A DNA stretch of 64,000 nucleotides, taken from Terriglobia bacterium. GTDB lineage: Bacteria; Acidobacteriota; Polarisedimenticolia; Polarisedimenticolales; JAIQFR01. A model generated the notes under the pieces. The model saw nothing but the letters and a program-made list of their open reading frames with translations. It searched no databases and was not told the origin of the DNA. The position numbers were made by a program, and so were the translations under genes. Of the stretch, positions 41,144 to 55,711 are shown piece after piece (position 1 is the first letter of the stretch; each line of letters begins with the position of its first letter). The stretch lies in the NCBI GenBank assembly GCA_963790465.1, contig CAWBOP010000013.1, positions 128,092 through 192,091 of the forward strand, in the 5' to 3' direction.

Positions 41144-42129
41144 ATGGCAAACGGAATCCTCATCCTGGCGGAGCACCTCAAGGGCGAGGTCGCGGACATC
41201 ACGTTCGAGATGCTGGGCGCGGGCCGGAGGCTGGCGGACGCGCTGGGGCGTGCCCCTGCGCGTGGCGCTGGTCGGCAAGGACGTCGCTTCGCTGGCGCCC
41301 CGGCTGGGCCTGGCCGACGAGGTGCTCGTCGGTCGACGACTCCCGCGCTCGAGATGCCGGCGGCCGGCACGCTCGGCGGGCCTGCTCAAGGCCTGATGGA
41401 GCAGAAGTCAGGCCGGGCTGGTCCTGCTCGGCGGGACGAACGCTCACGATGGGCGTCGGCTCGATCCTCTCGGCGCGGACCGACCTGCCGCTTCGTCAAC
41501 TTCTGCAAGGACGCGAAGGCGGACGGGCCCGACGTGCTCGTCACCAGCCAGTTGTTCGGCGGCAAGATCCTCACGGACGTCCGTCTCGCCGGACGGGACG
41601 CGGCATCGTCGGCGTCTCCCCGGCTCCTTCCCCGCGGACGCAGGCCGAAGCGACAAGACGCCGCCCGGTCGAGAACGTGGAGGTGCCGGTGGAGGCCTCG
41701 CCGGTGACCTTCAAGGCGTTCATCGAGCCCGAGGCCGGCGACGTCGACATCACGAAGCAGAACGTCCTCGTGGCCGTCGGCCGCGGCATCCAGACCCAGG
41801 ACAACATCGCCCTGGGCGAGGAGCTCGCCGCGCTGCTGGGCGGCGCGGTCTGCGGCTCGCGCCCGGTCATCGACCAGGGCTGGCTGCCGCTGACCCGTCA
41901 GGTCGGCAAGTCGGGCATGACCGTCAAGCCCAGGCTCTACCTCGCGCTGGGCATCAGCGGCGCCCCGGAGCACCAGGAGGGCATGAAGGACTCGCCGATG
42001 ATCATCGCCGTCAACACCGACCCCGGCGCCCCGATCTTCGACGTCGCCAAGTACGGCGTGGTCATGGACCTCTTCGAGCTGGTCGAGCCCCTGAAGGCCG
42101 CCATCGAGGCGCGGAAGGCCAGCGCATGA
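41144..42129 (+). CDS. etfA: Electron transfer flavoprotein alpha subunit (frame breaks)
   Basis: MANGILILAEHLKGEV... and the C-terminal FAD domain VAVGRGI..CGSRPVIDQGWLPLTRQVGKSGMTVKPRLYLALGISGAPEHQEGM..IIAVNTD. Confidence 0.85.
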
Positions 42130-42139
42130 CGGCGGGCCC

Positions 42140-44173
<2,034 letters not shown>

Positions 44174-44188
44174 AGAAGGGACGACTCC

Positions 44189-45403
44189 ATGGCTCATCGT
44201 CGAACGCGCTGTCACCTGTCCGACCGACACCACGCTGGAGACCCTCCTGGCCACGCCCGAGGGCCAGCAGATCATGACCTGCCTCCAGTGCGGGACGTGC
44301 GCCGGCACGTGCCCGTACGGGGAGTACATGGAGTACCCGCCGCGGGCGATCATCAACATGCTGTGGCGCGGCCTGCTCGACGAGGTCATCACCTCCGACA
44401 GCCTGCTGCGCTGCGTGGCCTGCTACGCCTGCCTGAGCAAGTGCCCGCGCGGCATCCGGCTCACCGACGTCCTGCTGCCGCTGGTCAAGGAGCAGACGCT
44501 GGCCAACCTGAAGGAGCTGCCGGCCGAGCTGCAGAAGTCGCTCGAGAACATGTCGCGCTACGGCAACCCGATGGGCGAGTCGCCGCGCAAGCGGGCCGCC
44601 TGGGCGGCCACCGCGGGCGTGCCGGTGCGCAACCTGGCCGAGAAGCCGGGCCCGGTGGACGTGCTCTGGTTCGTGGAGTGCTACACCTCCTTCTACCCCC
44701 GCGGCCAGGACGAACAGCCGCGCCACGGCGAAGCTGTTCCACGCGCTGGGCGTGGACTTCGCCATCCTCGGGCAACGAGGAGAAGTGCGCCGGCGAGTGC
44801 GGGCAGCCTGACCTGGGAGTCGGGCCTGTTCGAGACGCTCACCGAGGCCAACATGAAGACTCTTCAAGCAAGTACAAGTTCAACCGCATCGTCACCGGCG
44901 ATCCGCACGCCTTCAACGCCTTCCGCAGCCGCTATCCGCTGGCCGAGCATGGGCTGGCAGGTCGAGCACACGACGCTGTTCCTGGCGCGGCACCTCGACC
45001 AGCTGCAAGCCCAGGCTCACGAAGAAGCTCGAGGCCAAGGTCACCTACCACGACACCTGCTGCCTCGGGCGGGGCATGGGCTGCTACGACGAGCCGCGCG
45101 AGCTGCTCGGCGCCATCCCCGGCGTGACGCTGGTCGAGATGGTCGCACAACCGCGTCAACTCGCTCTGCTGCGGCGGCGGCGGCGGCGGGATGTGGCTGG
45201 ACACCTACTACAAGTCGAAGGGCATGGACCGGCTGTCCGAGCGGCGGGTGAAGGAAGCCATCGCCACCGGCGCGGACGTGCTGGCCGTGTCCTGTCCCCT
45301 AGAGCTGTTCCGTTTCGAAGACGCCGTGAAGACGCTCGGCCACGACAAACAGATGGTGGTGCGGGACGTGGTCGAACTGCTGGCCGAGTCACTGGAGGGT
45401 TGA
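44189..45403 (+). CDS. Second HdrD/GlpC-like Fe-S protein (2x[4Fe-4S] + 2 CCG domains; frame breaks)
   Basis: ATG after GAAGGGA. CLQCGTCAGTCP, CVACYACLSKCP, YHDTCCLGRG, LCCGGGGG. Confidence 0.75.
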
Positions 45404-45406
45404 CCG

Positions 45407-47404
45407 ATGAGCGAGCCCGTCCGAATCGGGTTCTACATTTGTCACTGCGGCACCAACATCGCCGGCATGGTGGACGTGGAGGCGGTGGCCAAGTACGCGG
45501 CCACGCTGCCCAACGTGGTCGTCTCCCGCGAACTACAAGTACATGTGCTCCGATCCGGGCCAGGAGCTGATCCAGCAGGACATCAAGGAGCACAAGCTGA
45601 ACCGCATCGTCGTGGCCGCGTGCTCGCCGCTGCTGCACGAGCACACCTTCCGCAAGGCGACCGACGAAGGGCGGCCTGAACCCGTTCTTCTTCCAGATGG
45701 TGAACATCCGCGAGCACGACGCCTGGGTGCACACCGACCGCGCGGAGGCGACGCGCAAGGCCATGGCCCTGGCGCGCGCCGCCATCCAGCGCGTGCCGCT
45801 CCACAAGCCGCTCGAGGTCAAGAAGGTCCCGATCAACCCGAACGTGCTGATCGTGGGCGGCGGCATCGCCGGCATCCACGCGGCGCTGACCCTGGCCAAC
45901 GCCGGCAAGAAGGTCTACCTCGTCGAGCGCGACGCCACCATCGGCGGGCACATGGCCAAGTTCGACAAGACCTTCCCGACGCTCGACTGCGCCGCCTGCA
46001 TCCTCACGCCCAAGATGTCCGCGGTCGGCTCGCATCCGAACATCACGCTGTGGACGCTACTCCGAGGTCGCCAAGGTGGACGGCTACGTGGGCAACTACA
46101 AGGTCACCGTCAAGCGCAAGCCGCGCTACATCATCGAGGACCTCTGCACCGGCTGCCAGGAGTGCGTCGAGGCCTGCGTCTATCAAGGAGCCGCAGTTCG
46201 CCGACGAGTTCAACCAGGGGCTCGGCAAGCGCAAGCCGGTCTTCATGCCGTTCCCGCAGGCCGTGCCGCCCGTCGTCATGATCGATCCGGGCACCTGCAT
46301 CGAGTCTGGACCCACGGCAAGTGCAAGAAGACCTGCGTCGAGGCCTGCGGCGACCGCAAGGCCATCGACTTCACGCAGAAGGAGGAGCTCAAGGAGATCA
46401 AGGTCGGCACGATCATCGTGGCCACCGGCTTCAAGATCTTCGACGCCAAGCGCATGCCCTACTACGGCTACGGCGTCTACCCGAACGTCTACAACGCGCT
46501 CGAGGTCGAGCGCCTGGTCAACGCCTCCGGCCCGACCGGCGGCGAGATCGTCATGCGCAACGGCAAGACGCCCGAAGACGGTCGCCATCGTCCACTGCGT
46601 CGGCTCGCGCGACGAGAACACCAACCGCTGGTGCTCGCGCGTCTGCTGCCTGTACTCGCTGAAGCTGGCGCACCTGATCAAGGAGCACACCGACGCCGAG
46701 GTCTACAACTTCTACATCGACATGCGCACGCCCGGGCAAGAGCATGGAGGAGTTCTACAACCGCATCGCCGAGGAGGGCGTGCACCTGATCCGCGGCAAG
46801 GTGGCCGACGTCTATCCCGGACCCGAGCGATCCCGAGGGCAACCGGCTGCTCGTCGTGCAGGCCGAGGACACGCTGCTCGGCCGGGTGCTCAAGTTCCCG
46901 GTGGACATGGTGGTGCTCGCGGTCGGCCTGGAGCCGCAGGCCGACGCCGCAGGACGTGCGCCGCATGTTCAACATGAGCTGCGGCACGCGAGGGCTTCTT
47001 CCTCGAACGCCACCCCAAGCTGGCGCCGGTCAGCACCTTCACCGACGGCATCTTCCTCGCCGGCTGCTGCCAGGGGCCGAAGGACATCCCGGACACCGTG
47101 GCCCAGGCGGCGCGGCCGCGGCGGAGGCCTGCTCGCTGATCGACAAGGGCTACATCGAGCAGGAGCCGAACACGGCCTACATCCGTCGAGGAGGAGTGCT
47201 CGCGGCTGCAAGTCCTGCATCCCGCTCTGTCCCTACACCGCGATCACCTTCGACGAGGACAAGAAGAAGGCCATCATCAACGAGGCGCTCTGCAAGGGCT
47301 GCGGCACCTGCGTGGCCTCCTGCCCGTCCGGCTCGATCGTGCAGAACCTGTTCGAGGACGAGGAGATCTTCAGCGAGATCGAAGGGATCCTGGCCAATGA
47401 ATGA
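45407..47404 (+). CDS. hdrA: Heterodisulfide reductase subunit A-like flavoprotein (about 10 frame breaks)
   Basis: [24 protein letters not shown] (FAD), [36 protein letters not shown]. Confidence 0.85.
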
Positions 47405-47909
47405 CAAACCCTGGGAGCCGCGCATCGTCGCGTTCTTCTGCAACTGGTGCACCTACACGGCGGCGGACCTGGCCGGCGTGTCGCGCATGAAGTACGCGGC
47501 CAACATCCGCGATCATCCGGCTGATGTGCTCGGGCCGCGTGGACCCGCAGTTCATCCTGGACGCGCTTCGCCAAGGGCGCCGACGGCGTGCTCATCGGCG
47601 GCTGCCATCCCGGCGACTGCCACTACGTCGAGGGCAACTACAAGATGCTGCGCCGCTTCCAGCTGCTGCAAGCGGATGCTCGGCGACATGGGCATCGAGC
47701 CGGAGCGCGCTGCGGCTGGAGTGGATCTCCGCCGCCGAGGGCGAGAAGGTCAAGACGCGTGGTCAACGACATGGTGGAGAAGGTCAAGGCGCTCGGCCCG
47801 CTCGACCTGCCCGGAGCAGTTCGAGGCGTGGGACCGCGAGATGGATGAGCTGCGAGGCCGGAGGCCCTGCAGCCGCACGCCGGACATCAGGAGGCGGCCC
47901 ATGCGCTAA
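47397..47909 (+). CDS. mvhD: MvhD-like (methyl-viologen-reducing hydrogenase delta subunit) [2Fe-2S] protein (frame breaks, 3' end uncertain)
   Basis: The ATG overlaps the hdrA stop. [32 protein letters not shown]. Confidence 0.75.
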   Translation: MNDKPWEPRIVAFFCNWCTYTAADLAGVSRMKYAANIRDHPADVLGPRGPAVHPGRASPRAPTACSSAAAIPATATTSRATTRCCAASSCCKRMLGDMGIEPERAAAGVDLRRRGREGQDAWSTTWWRRSRRSARSTCPEQFEAWDREMDELRGRRPCSRTPDIRRRPMR

Positions 47910-48884
47910 ACCCAAAGTCGCCTTCTACTGGTGCGCCTCCTGCGGCGGCTGCGAAGAAACCGTCGTGGACCTGGCCGAGGACATCCTCGGCGTGGTCGAG
48001 GCGGTGGACATCGTCCTCTGGCCCGTGCGCGATGGACTTCAAGATACAAGGACGTCGAGGCGATGCCGGACAAGTCCATCGTCGCCACGCTCCTCAACGG
48101 CGCCATCCGCACCTCCGAGCAGGAGGAGATGGCGCACCTGCTGCGCCGCAAGAGCCAGTTCCTGATCGCCTACGGCTCCTGCGCGGCCACCGGCGGCATT
48201 CCCGGCCTGGCCAACCAGTTCTCGCGCGAGCAGATCCTCAAGTTCACCTACGAGGACGGCCCGACGATGGTGAACGAGGCAGAAGACGCGCCCGCAGACT
48301 CAAGTTCACGCGACGAACGGCCACGAGCTGCACGCTGCCCGGAGCTGCGCAAGGTCGTGCGCTCGCTCGACCAGGTGGTGGACGTGGACTACTACCTGCC
48401 CGGCTGCCCGCCCACGCCCAAGCTCACCAAGGCCGCGGTCGGCGGCGCTGCTGGAGGGCAAGCTGCCGCCCAAGGGCACCGTGCTGGCGCCCGACATCGC
48501 GCTCTGCGACGAGTGCCCGCGCAAGGACGAGCAAGCCCACCGACCTGGCGTTCACCGAGTTCAAGCGGCCGCACCAGGTGCTGATCGATCCGGAGAAGTG
48601 CTTCCTGGCGCAGGGCGTGGTCTGCATGGGCCCGGCGACCCGCGGCGGCTGCGAGGCGGTCTGCATCCAGCGGCAACATGCCCTGCACCGGCTGCTTCGG
48701 CCCGACCTCGCGCGTGAAGGACCAGGGCGCCAAGATCCTCTCCTCGGTGGCGTCCAACGTCGCGCCCAGGGAGACGGGGGCCATCGACCAGGTGCTCGCC
48801 GGCATCCCCGACCCGGTCGGGACGTTCTATCGCTACGGGCTGGCCAAGTCGCTGCTCCGCAGAAAGGTGCCGAAGCAAGGGTGA
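47901..48884 (+). CDS. mvhG: [NiFe]-hydrogenase small subunit, MvhG-like (frame breaks)
   Basis: [61 protein letters not shown]. No Tat signal, so a cytoplasmic type. Confidence 0.8.
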
Positions 48885-50896
48885 ACGCTCCTGACCACCA
48901 TCCTGGGGAGCCTGCGCAACGGGCCGCCGCGTCGAAGGCGGCGGCCTGGCGCGGCTGTTCCGACTGCGCATCGGCGCCAAGCTGGAGCTGAGCTTCCTGC
49001 TGATCATCATCCTGATCAGCCTGATCCTCAGCCTGGTGGGCACGTGGGTCATCGGCGACCGCTTCGTGGAGCAGGCCCAGGAGAAGGTGCGCACGGATCT
49101 CAACTCCGCGCGGGAGATCTACCAGAACAACCTGCTGCGGATCAGCGACGCGGTCCGCTTCGTCTCGGACCGGGACTTCGTCCGCTCGCCGGCGTCCGCC
49201 GGCGGCCGCGACCGGCTGCTGCGCCGGCTCTCGGAGCATCCGCGAGCAGGAGCATCTCGACGCCCTGACCGCTGACCGACGCCCGCGGGGTCGTGATCCT
49301 GCGGACCTCGAACCCGGGCGTGTACGGTGACGACCAGAGCCGGCAGCAGCTGGTGCGCGCGGTGCTGCGAGCGGCACGAGCCCGTCGCCGCGACGGTGCT
49401 GATCCCGCACGAGGAGCTGGCCATGACCTCGCCGCGAGCTGGCCGCAGCGGGCGACGATCGAGCTGGTCCCGACGGAGAAGGCGCGGCCGCGCCCCGAGC
49501 GGTACTCGACCGACCGGCATGACGCTCAAGGCGGCGGCGCCGGTGTTCGACTTCGACCACCGCTTCGTCGGCGTCGTCTACGGCGGGCGTGCTGCTGAAC
49601 CGCAACCACGAGATCGTGGACAAGATCAAGCAGACCGTGTTCCAGGGCCTGCAGTACCGCGGCCGGGACATGGGGACCGCGACCATCTTCCAGGACGACC
49701 TGCGGATCTCGACCAACGTCCTGAACGCGGACGGCTCGCGGGCGATCGGCACGCGCGCCGCCGAGAACGTCTACGACGCGGGTGGTGCGGGACGGCCAGC
49801 AGTGGATCCACCGCGCCTACGTCGTCCGCGACTGGTCCATCACCGCGTACGAGCCGATCCGGGACTACGGCGGCGCCATCATCGGCATGCTGTACGTGGG
49901 GCTGCTCGAGGGGAAGTACGTCGAGGTCCGCCGCCGCACCGTGTTCGTGTTCCTGGCGGTCACGCTGGTCGGCTCGCTGCTGGCGCTCACGCTGTCCCAC
50001 TACCTCTCGCAGCGCATCTCGGGCTCGCTGGAGCAGCTGGTCGCCGGCGCGGAGCAGCTCGCGTGCGGGAACCTGGACCAGCGGGTCGAGATCCGCTCCG
50101 GCGACGAGTTCCAGGAGCTGGCCGAGACGTTCAACGCCATGGCGGCGGCGCTCAAGAAGCGGGACGAGCAGCTCAAGGAGCAGGCCGCGCGCAAGGTCAT
50201 GGAGTCCGAGCGGCTCGCCCTGATCGGGCAGCTGGCCGCCGGCGTGGCCCACGAGATCAACAACCCGCTCACCGGCATCGTGACCTACTCGCAGCTGCTG
50301 CTGGAGAAGAACCCGGGCGAGGGCTCCACGCGCTCGTCGCTGCAGAAGATCGTCACGCAGGCGAACCGCTGCCGCAAGATCGTCCGCGGGCTGCTGGACT
50401 TCTCGCGCCAGAGCAAGCCCGACGAGCGTCCGTGCAACGTGAACACGGTGCTGCAGGAGTGCGTCTCGCTGGTGGCCAACCAGGCGCTGTTCCACAACAT
50501 CGAGCTGGTGCAGAACGCTTCGGCCGAGGACCTGCCGCTGGTGCCGATGGACCCGTCGCAGATGCAGCAGGTCTTCATGAACCTGATCATCAACGCGGCG
50601 GAGGCGACGCCCGCGGATGGCCGTCTGACGCTGACGACCCGGCGTGGACGCGATCGGGCCGGTTCGTCGAGTTCGAGTTCGCCGACACCGGCTGCGGCAT
50701 CAAGGAGGCGGACCTGGAGCGGATCTTCGATCCCTTCTTCACGACGAAGGGGGCGCGCCGCGGGACCGGGCTGGGGCTGGCGATCAGCTACGGGATCGTC
50801 AAGGAGCACCGGGGCACCATCGCGGTCGAGAGCAAGGTCGGCAAGGGCACCACGTTCGTGGTGAGCCTGCCGTTGTCGCTGGAGGAGGCGGCGTAG
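48881..50896 (+). CDS. Sensor histidine kinase with TM, Cache-like sensor, HAMP, HisKA and HATPase domains (frame breaks, start uncertain)
   Basis: TM LSFLLIIILISLILSLVG. Cache-like region ..ATIFQDDLRISTNVLNADGSRAIGTRA..AYEPIRDYGGAIIGMLYVG. HAMP. H-box GVAHEINNPL. NLIINAAEA, DTGCGI, GTGLGL. Confidence 0.8.
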
Positions 50897-50899
50897 GAC

Positions 50900-52064
50900 G
50901 TGGAGAAGCCCAGCAGGATCCTGATCATCGACGACGAGGAGATCGTCCTCGATTCCTGCCTCGCGGTGCTGGAGGGCAGGAACTACGAGATCGCCACGGC
51001 CCCGGACGGGACCGAGGGCCTGAAGCTGGCGCAGGAGTTCGCGCCGGACCTGGTCCTGGTGGACCTGATGATGCCGGGCATCTCCGGGTTCGAGGTGCTG
51101 GAGGGGATGCGCGGCATCGACCCGACGATCGTGACCATCGTCATCACCGGCTACTCGACGGTGGAGTCCGCGGTCGAGGCGATGAAGCGGGGGGCGTTCG
51201 ACTTCCTGCCCAAGCCCTTCACGCCCGACGAGCTGCGCCTGATCGTCCAGCGCGGTCTCGAGCACCGCCGGCTGGTGCTGGAGACCATCACCCTGCGCCG
51301 GGAGAAGGAGATGCTGCAGCAGAACTTCGCGGCGATCATCTCCCACGAGCTGCGCTCGCCGCTGAGCGCGGTCCAGCAGAACCTGTTCGTGCTCACGGCC
51401 GAGCTGGACGCACCAGCTCAACGAGTCGCAGAAGGACCGTTTCGAGCGCCTCAAGGCCCGGATCGCCGACCTGCTCAAGATGATCCAGAGCTGGCTGCGG
51501 GCCGTGTCGGTCCCCGAGGGGAAGATCGGCGGGGACTTCGCCCCCGTGTCGGTCCAGGCCGCGATCGCCAGGGCGATCGAGAGCGTGCAGCCGCACGCGA
51601 CGCGCAAGGACATCGCGATCACCGACTCCGACGCCGGGTCCCTGCCGCCGGTGCTCGGGGACGAGACGATCCTGACCGAGGCGCTGGTCAACCTGATCGG
51701 CAACGCCGTCAAGTACACGCACGCGGGGGGCAAGGTCGCCGTGAGCGCCGCGGTGGAGGCCGGCCAGGTCGTGGTCTCGGTCGCCGACACCGGCGTCGGC
51801 ATCGCGGCGGAGGACGTGCCCTTCGTCTTCGACGCGTTCTACCGTGGCAAGATCGGCCCCGACGCCGAGGCGGGGTGCGGTCTGGGGCTGGCGCTCACGC
51901 GCCGGATCATCGAGGCCCACCACGGCACCATCTCGGTCGAGAGCGAGGTCGGCAAGGGGACGACGTTCACCGTCCGCCTGCCCGTGCATACCGCAGAGAG
52001 CACCAGCCCGCCCGGAGAGGCACCGGCTGCCCCATCCACCCGTGATCCCGGAGACCAGCGATGA
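50900..52064 (+). CDS. Hybrid response-regulator receiver + histidine kinase (one or two frame breaks)
   Basis: REC (ILIIDDE..LVLVDLMMPG..LPKPF). H-box ISHELRSPL. NLIGNAVKYT, DTGVGI, GLGLAL. Confidence 0.8.
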
Positions 52065-52484
52065 GCGATCGCAAGCAGCTGCTGATGATCGACGACGATC
52101 CCGATTTCGTCGATGGCATCAAGTCCATCCTGACGGCCGCCCAGTACGACGTCGACGTCGCCCACAACCCGAAGGACGGCCTCGCGGCGCTGCAGAAGAA
52201 GAAGTACGACCTGCTGCTGCTCGACATCATGATGGGGCGCGGCGCCGAGGGCGTCATGATCGCGCGCAAGATGAGCCGGGACCCCAAGCTGCGCGAGATC
52301 CCCGTGCTGATCATGACCGGGCATCCGGGAGCAGATCGCCTTCCTGTTCGGCAGCCAGGCGCTGCACCCCCACTTCGTCGAGGTGGACGAGCTGATGGAG
52401 AAGCCGGTCGAGCCGCGGCTCCTCCTGGAGCGGATCGAGGCGCTGCTGAAGGCGGCGAGCGCGAAGGCAAGCGAGAAGAAATGA
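52061..52484 (+). CDS. Stand-alone response-regulator receiver protein (one frame break)
   Basis: LLMIDDDPDF..LLLLDIMMG..PVLIMTG, then the C-terminus ..MEKPVEPRLLLERIEALL in the adjacent frame. The start overlaps the upstream stop (ATGA). Confidence 0.75.
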
Positions 52485-53062
52485 GCACCGAGACCATGGA
52501 GACCAGGCTGGATTTCATCGGGGAGATCAACAACCTCCTCCACGCCTCCACCAGCAACCCGGTGAACACCTGCATCCAGTGCGGGACGTGCTCCGGGTCC
52601 TGCCCGGTGGCCTCCGGCGGGTTCATGAGCCACACGCCGCGGCGGATCATCGCGATGATCCGGGCGAACCGGAAGGATGAGACGCTCCGGGCGAACACCT
52701 ACTGGTACTGCTCGTCGTGCTACATGTGCACGGTGCGGTGCCCGCGGGGGATCGACATCGCGGAGCTGATGTACGCGCTGAAGCGCTACTCGATCTGGAA
52801 GAGCGAGTACGCCAAGGACCTCATCGGCCCGACGTTCTCCGAGACGTTCATCCAGACCATCATGAAGAGCGGCCGGTCCTACGAGCCGGTGCTGGCGACG
52901 ACCTATCTGTTCTCCTTCGGCTTCCAGGACATGCTGCAGGAAGCGGCGACCGCGACCGGCCTGATGCTCAAGGGCCGCATGCCGGTGCTGCCGCCCCGGA
53001 TCAAGCGGCTGGAGAACTTCAAGCGGATGATCCGGAAGATCGTCCCGGTGGAGGAGAAATGA
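52481..53062 (+). CDS. hdrC: Heterodisulfide reductase subunit C-like (2x[4Fe-4S])
   Basis: CIQCGTCSGSCP and CSSCYMCTVRCP. Intact frame. The start overlaps the upstream stop. Confidence 0.85.
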   Translation: MSTETMETRLDFIGEINNLLHASTSNPVNTCIQCGTCSGSCPVASGGFMSHTPRRIIAMIRANRKDETLRANTYWYCSSCYMCTVRCPRGIDIAELMYALKRYSIWKSEYAKDLIGPTFSETFIQTIMKSGRSYEPVLATTYLFSFGFQDMLQEAATATGLMLKGRMPVLPPRIKRLENFKRMIRKIVPVEEK

Positions 53063-53951
53063 CCAGGAAGTACGCGTACTTCCCGGGCTGCTCGCTGGAG
53101 AAGATGGCGCGGAGCTACCACGACTCCGCGATGGAGACGACGCGCGCCCTCGATGTCGAGCTGCAGGAGATCGAGGACTGGAACTGCTGCGGCGCGACCA
53201 CCTACTTCAACATCGACGAGCTGCTCGCCTACACGCTGTGCGCGCGCAACCTCGCCATCGCGGAGCAGCTCGAAGCTGGACGTCGATCGCGCCCTGCAGC
53301 GGCTGCTACAAGAACATGTACGCCGCCCGCAAGCACCTCAAGCACGAGCCGGATCTCATGGAGCACATCAACGAGGCGCTGGCCGAGGACGACCTGAAGT
53401 TCGCGGGGACCTCCGAGGTGCGCCACCTGATCGACGTGCTGGTGAAGGACGTCGGGCTCGAGGAGATCAAGAAGCGGGTGCGCCGGCCGCTGACCGGCCT
53501 CAAGGTGGCGCCCTACTACGGCTGCCAGATCGTGCGTCCGCGCAAGGACCACGAGGACGTCGAGTCGCCGCGCTTCTTCGAGGACCTGATGACGGCGATC
53601 GGCGCGGACCCGGTGGAGTACCTGCTCAAGCTCCGCTGCTGCGGCGGCGCGCTGCTGATCACCAACCGCGAGGCGGCGCTCAGCCTGGTGCGGAACCTGC
53701 TGGAGAACGCGGTGCAGTCCGGCGCGGCGATCATCGCCACCGCCTGCCCGCTCTGCCAGGTCAACCTGGAGTGCTACCAGAAGCAGGTCAACAGCGAGTT
53801 CGGAACGAACCTCAACATGCCGGTGCTCTACTTCACGCAGCTGGTCGGGCTGGCGCTCGGCGTCCCGCCCGGCAAGCTGGGCATCGGCTCGGAGCTCGTC
53901 AACGTCATGCCGGCGCTCGCCAGCGCGGGGAGCGGCGGAGGTGGACGTTGA
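53059..53951 (+). CDS. hdrB: Heterodisulfide reductase subunit B-like (two CCG domains; one frame break)
   Basis: FPGCSL, WNCCGA, CSGCY, YYGCQ, LRCCGG, ACPLCQ. The start overlaps the hdrC stop (ATGA). Confidence 0.85.
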
Positions 53952-54011
53952 CCCATCGTGAGATCGCAGGAAACCGACGGCGGATCCGTTGAAACCGGAG
54001 AAGGCAAGCCA

Positions 54012-55546
54012 ATGAACCCAGTCACTGGAGCAGTCTCGAAGGGCGACACCGGGGCCGCCGCCGTCGCCCAGGGCAAGCGCATCACCATCGATCCGATCAC
54101 CCGCCTCGAGGGGCACGGGAAGATCGACATCTTCCTGGACGACCAGGGCGACGTGGAGCACGCCTACCTGCAGATCCCCGAGCTGCGCGGCTTCGAGGTG
54201 TTCAGCATCGGGCCGGCCCGCGGAGGACATGCCGCAGATCACCAGCCGCATCTGCGGCGTCTGCCCCACGGCGCACCACATGGCCGCCACCAAGGCGCTG
54301 GACGACCTCTACCAGGTCGAGCCGCCGCCCGCGGCGAGGAAGATCCGCGAGCTGGTCTACAACGCCTTCATGTTCGAGGACCACGCGCTGCACGTCTACA
54401 TCCTGGGCGGGCCGGACTTCATCGTCGGGCCGGACGCGCCCGCGGCGAAGCGCAACGTGGTGGGCGTGATCGAGACGGTCGGCGTCGACGTCGGCAAGCA
54501 GGTCATCAGCATGCGCCGGCGCGTGCGCGAGCTGATCGCGTACTTCGGCGGCAAGGTGATCCACCCGGTGCTCGGCCTGCCCGGCGGCGTGTCGAAGGGC
54601 CTGGCGCCGTCCGACCTGCCGCGGTTCAAGGAGCTGGCGAAGGAGTCGGTCGAGTTCGCGCAGTTCACGCTCCAGGTGTTCAAGGACATCGTCCTGAAGA
54701 ACCCGGAGTACGTGAAGCTGATCACCTCGGACGCCTACACCCACAAGACCTACTACATGGGCATGGTGGACGCGAACAACAAGGTGAACTTCTACGACGG
54801 CCTGATCCGCGTCGTGGACCCGGCCGGCAAGGAGTACGCGAAGTTCCCGGCGCAGAAGTACCGCGACTACATCGGCGAGCACGTCGAGCCGTGGAGCTAC
54901 ATCAAGTTCCCGTTCCTGAAGCCGCTGGGCTGGAAGGGCTTCGTGGACGGGCCGGAGACCAGCCTGTTCGCGGTCGCGCCGCTGGCGCGGCTGAACGCCG
55001 TCCGACGGCATGGCGACGCCGCTGGCGCAGAAGGCCTACGAGGAACTCTTCGCCACGCTCGGCGGGAAGCCGGTGCACCACACGCTGGCCAACCACTGGG
55101 CGCGCGTGCGTCGAGATGCTCCAGGCGGCCGAGCGCATGGTCGAGCTGCTGAACGACCCGGAGATCATCAGCCCGGACATCCGCACCATCCCGACCGCAG
55201 AAGCCCACGGTCGGGCATCGGCGTGGTCGAGGCGCCGCGCGGCACGCTGTTCCACCACTACGAGACCGACGAGAACGGCATCATCACGATGGCGAACCTC
55301 ATCGTCGCGACGCAGAACAACGCGGCCCGCATCGCGATGAGCGTGGACAAGGCCGCCAAGGGCCTGATCTCGAAGGGCAAGGTCACCGACGGCCTGCTGA
55401 ACATGGTCGAGATGGCGTTCCGCGCCTACGACCCGTGCTTCGGCTGCGCCACGCACGCGCTGCCGGGGGAGATGCCGCTGATCGCGCGCATCTACGACCC
55501 GGACCGCCAGCTGGTGCAGGAGATCCGTCGCGACCCGAAGGCGTAG
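54012..55546 (+). CDS. mvhA: [NiFe]-hydrogenase large subunit, cytoplasmic Mvh/group-3-like (few frame breaks)
   Basis: RLEGHG, RICGVCPTAHH (N-terminal Ni-binding), DPCFGCATH (C-terminal Ni-binding, Cys not Sec). Confidence 0.9.
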
Positions 55547-55711
55547 AGGGAAGGCCGGCGCCGTTGCGGGGCACCTGCGGATCTTCGCAGGTCCGGGGCC
55601 GCACCCCGCGCGGCGGCCGGCCGTAGGAACGGGAGCCGTCGCCGGGGCGCTCGCGCCGGAGGCGGCTCCCGCGTTCGTGGTACACCTGCGCAGGAGCGAG
55701 ACTCGGCCATC

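Noticed and set aside
45407-55546. The possibility that some frame interruptions in hdrA, mvhD or the hydrogenase subunits are selenocysteine UGA codons, as in some Hdr/Mvh systems.
   Set aside because: The interruptions I inspected require a change of frame rather than read-through of an in-frame TGA. The canonical positions carry Cys ([12 protein letters not shown] in HdrA, DPCFGCATH in the large subunit). Only the TGA at 56420-56418 behaves like a Sec codon.
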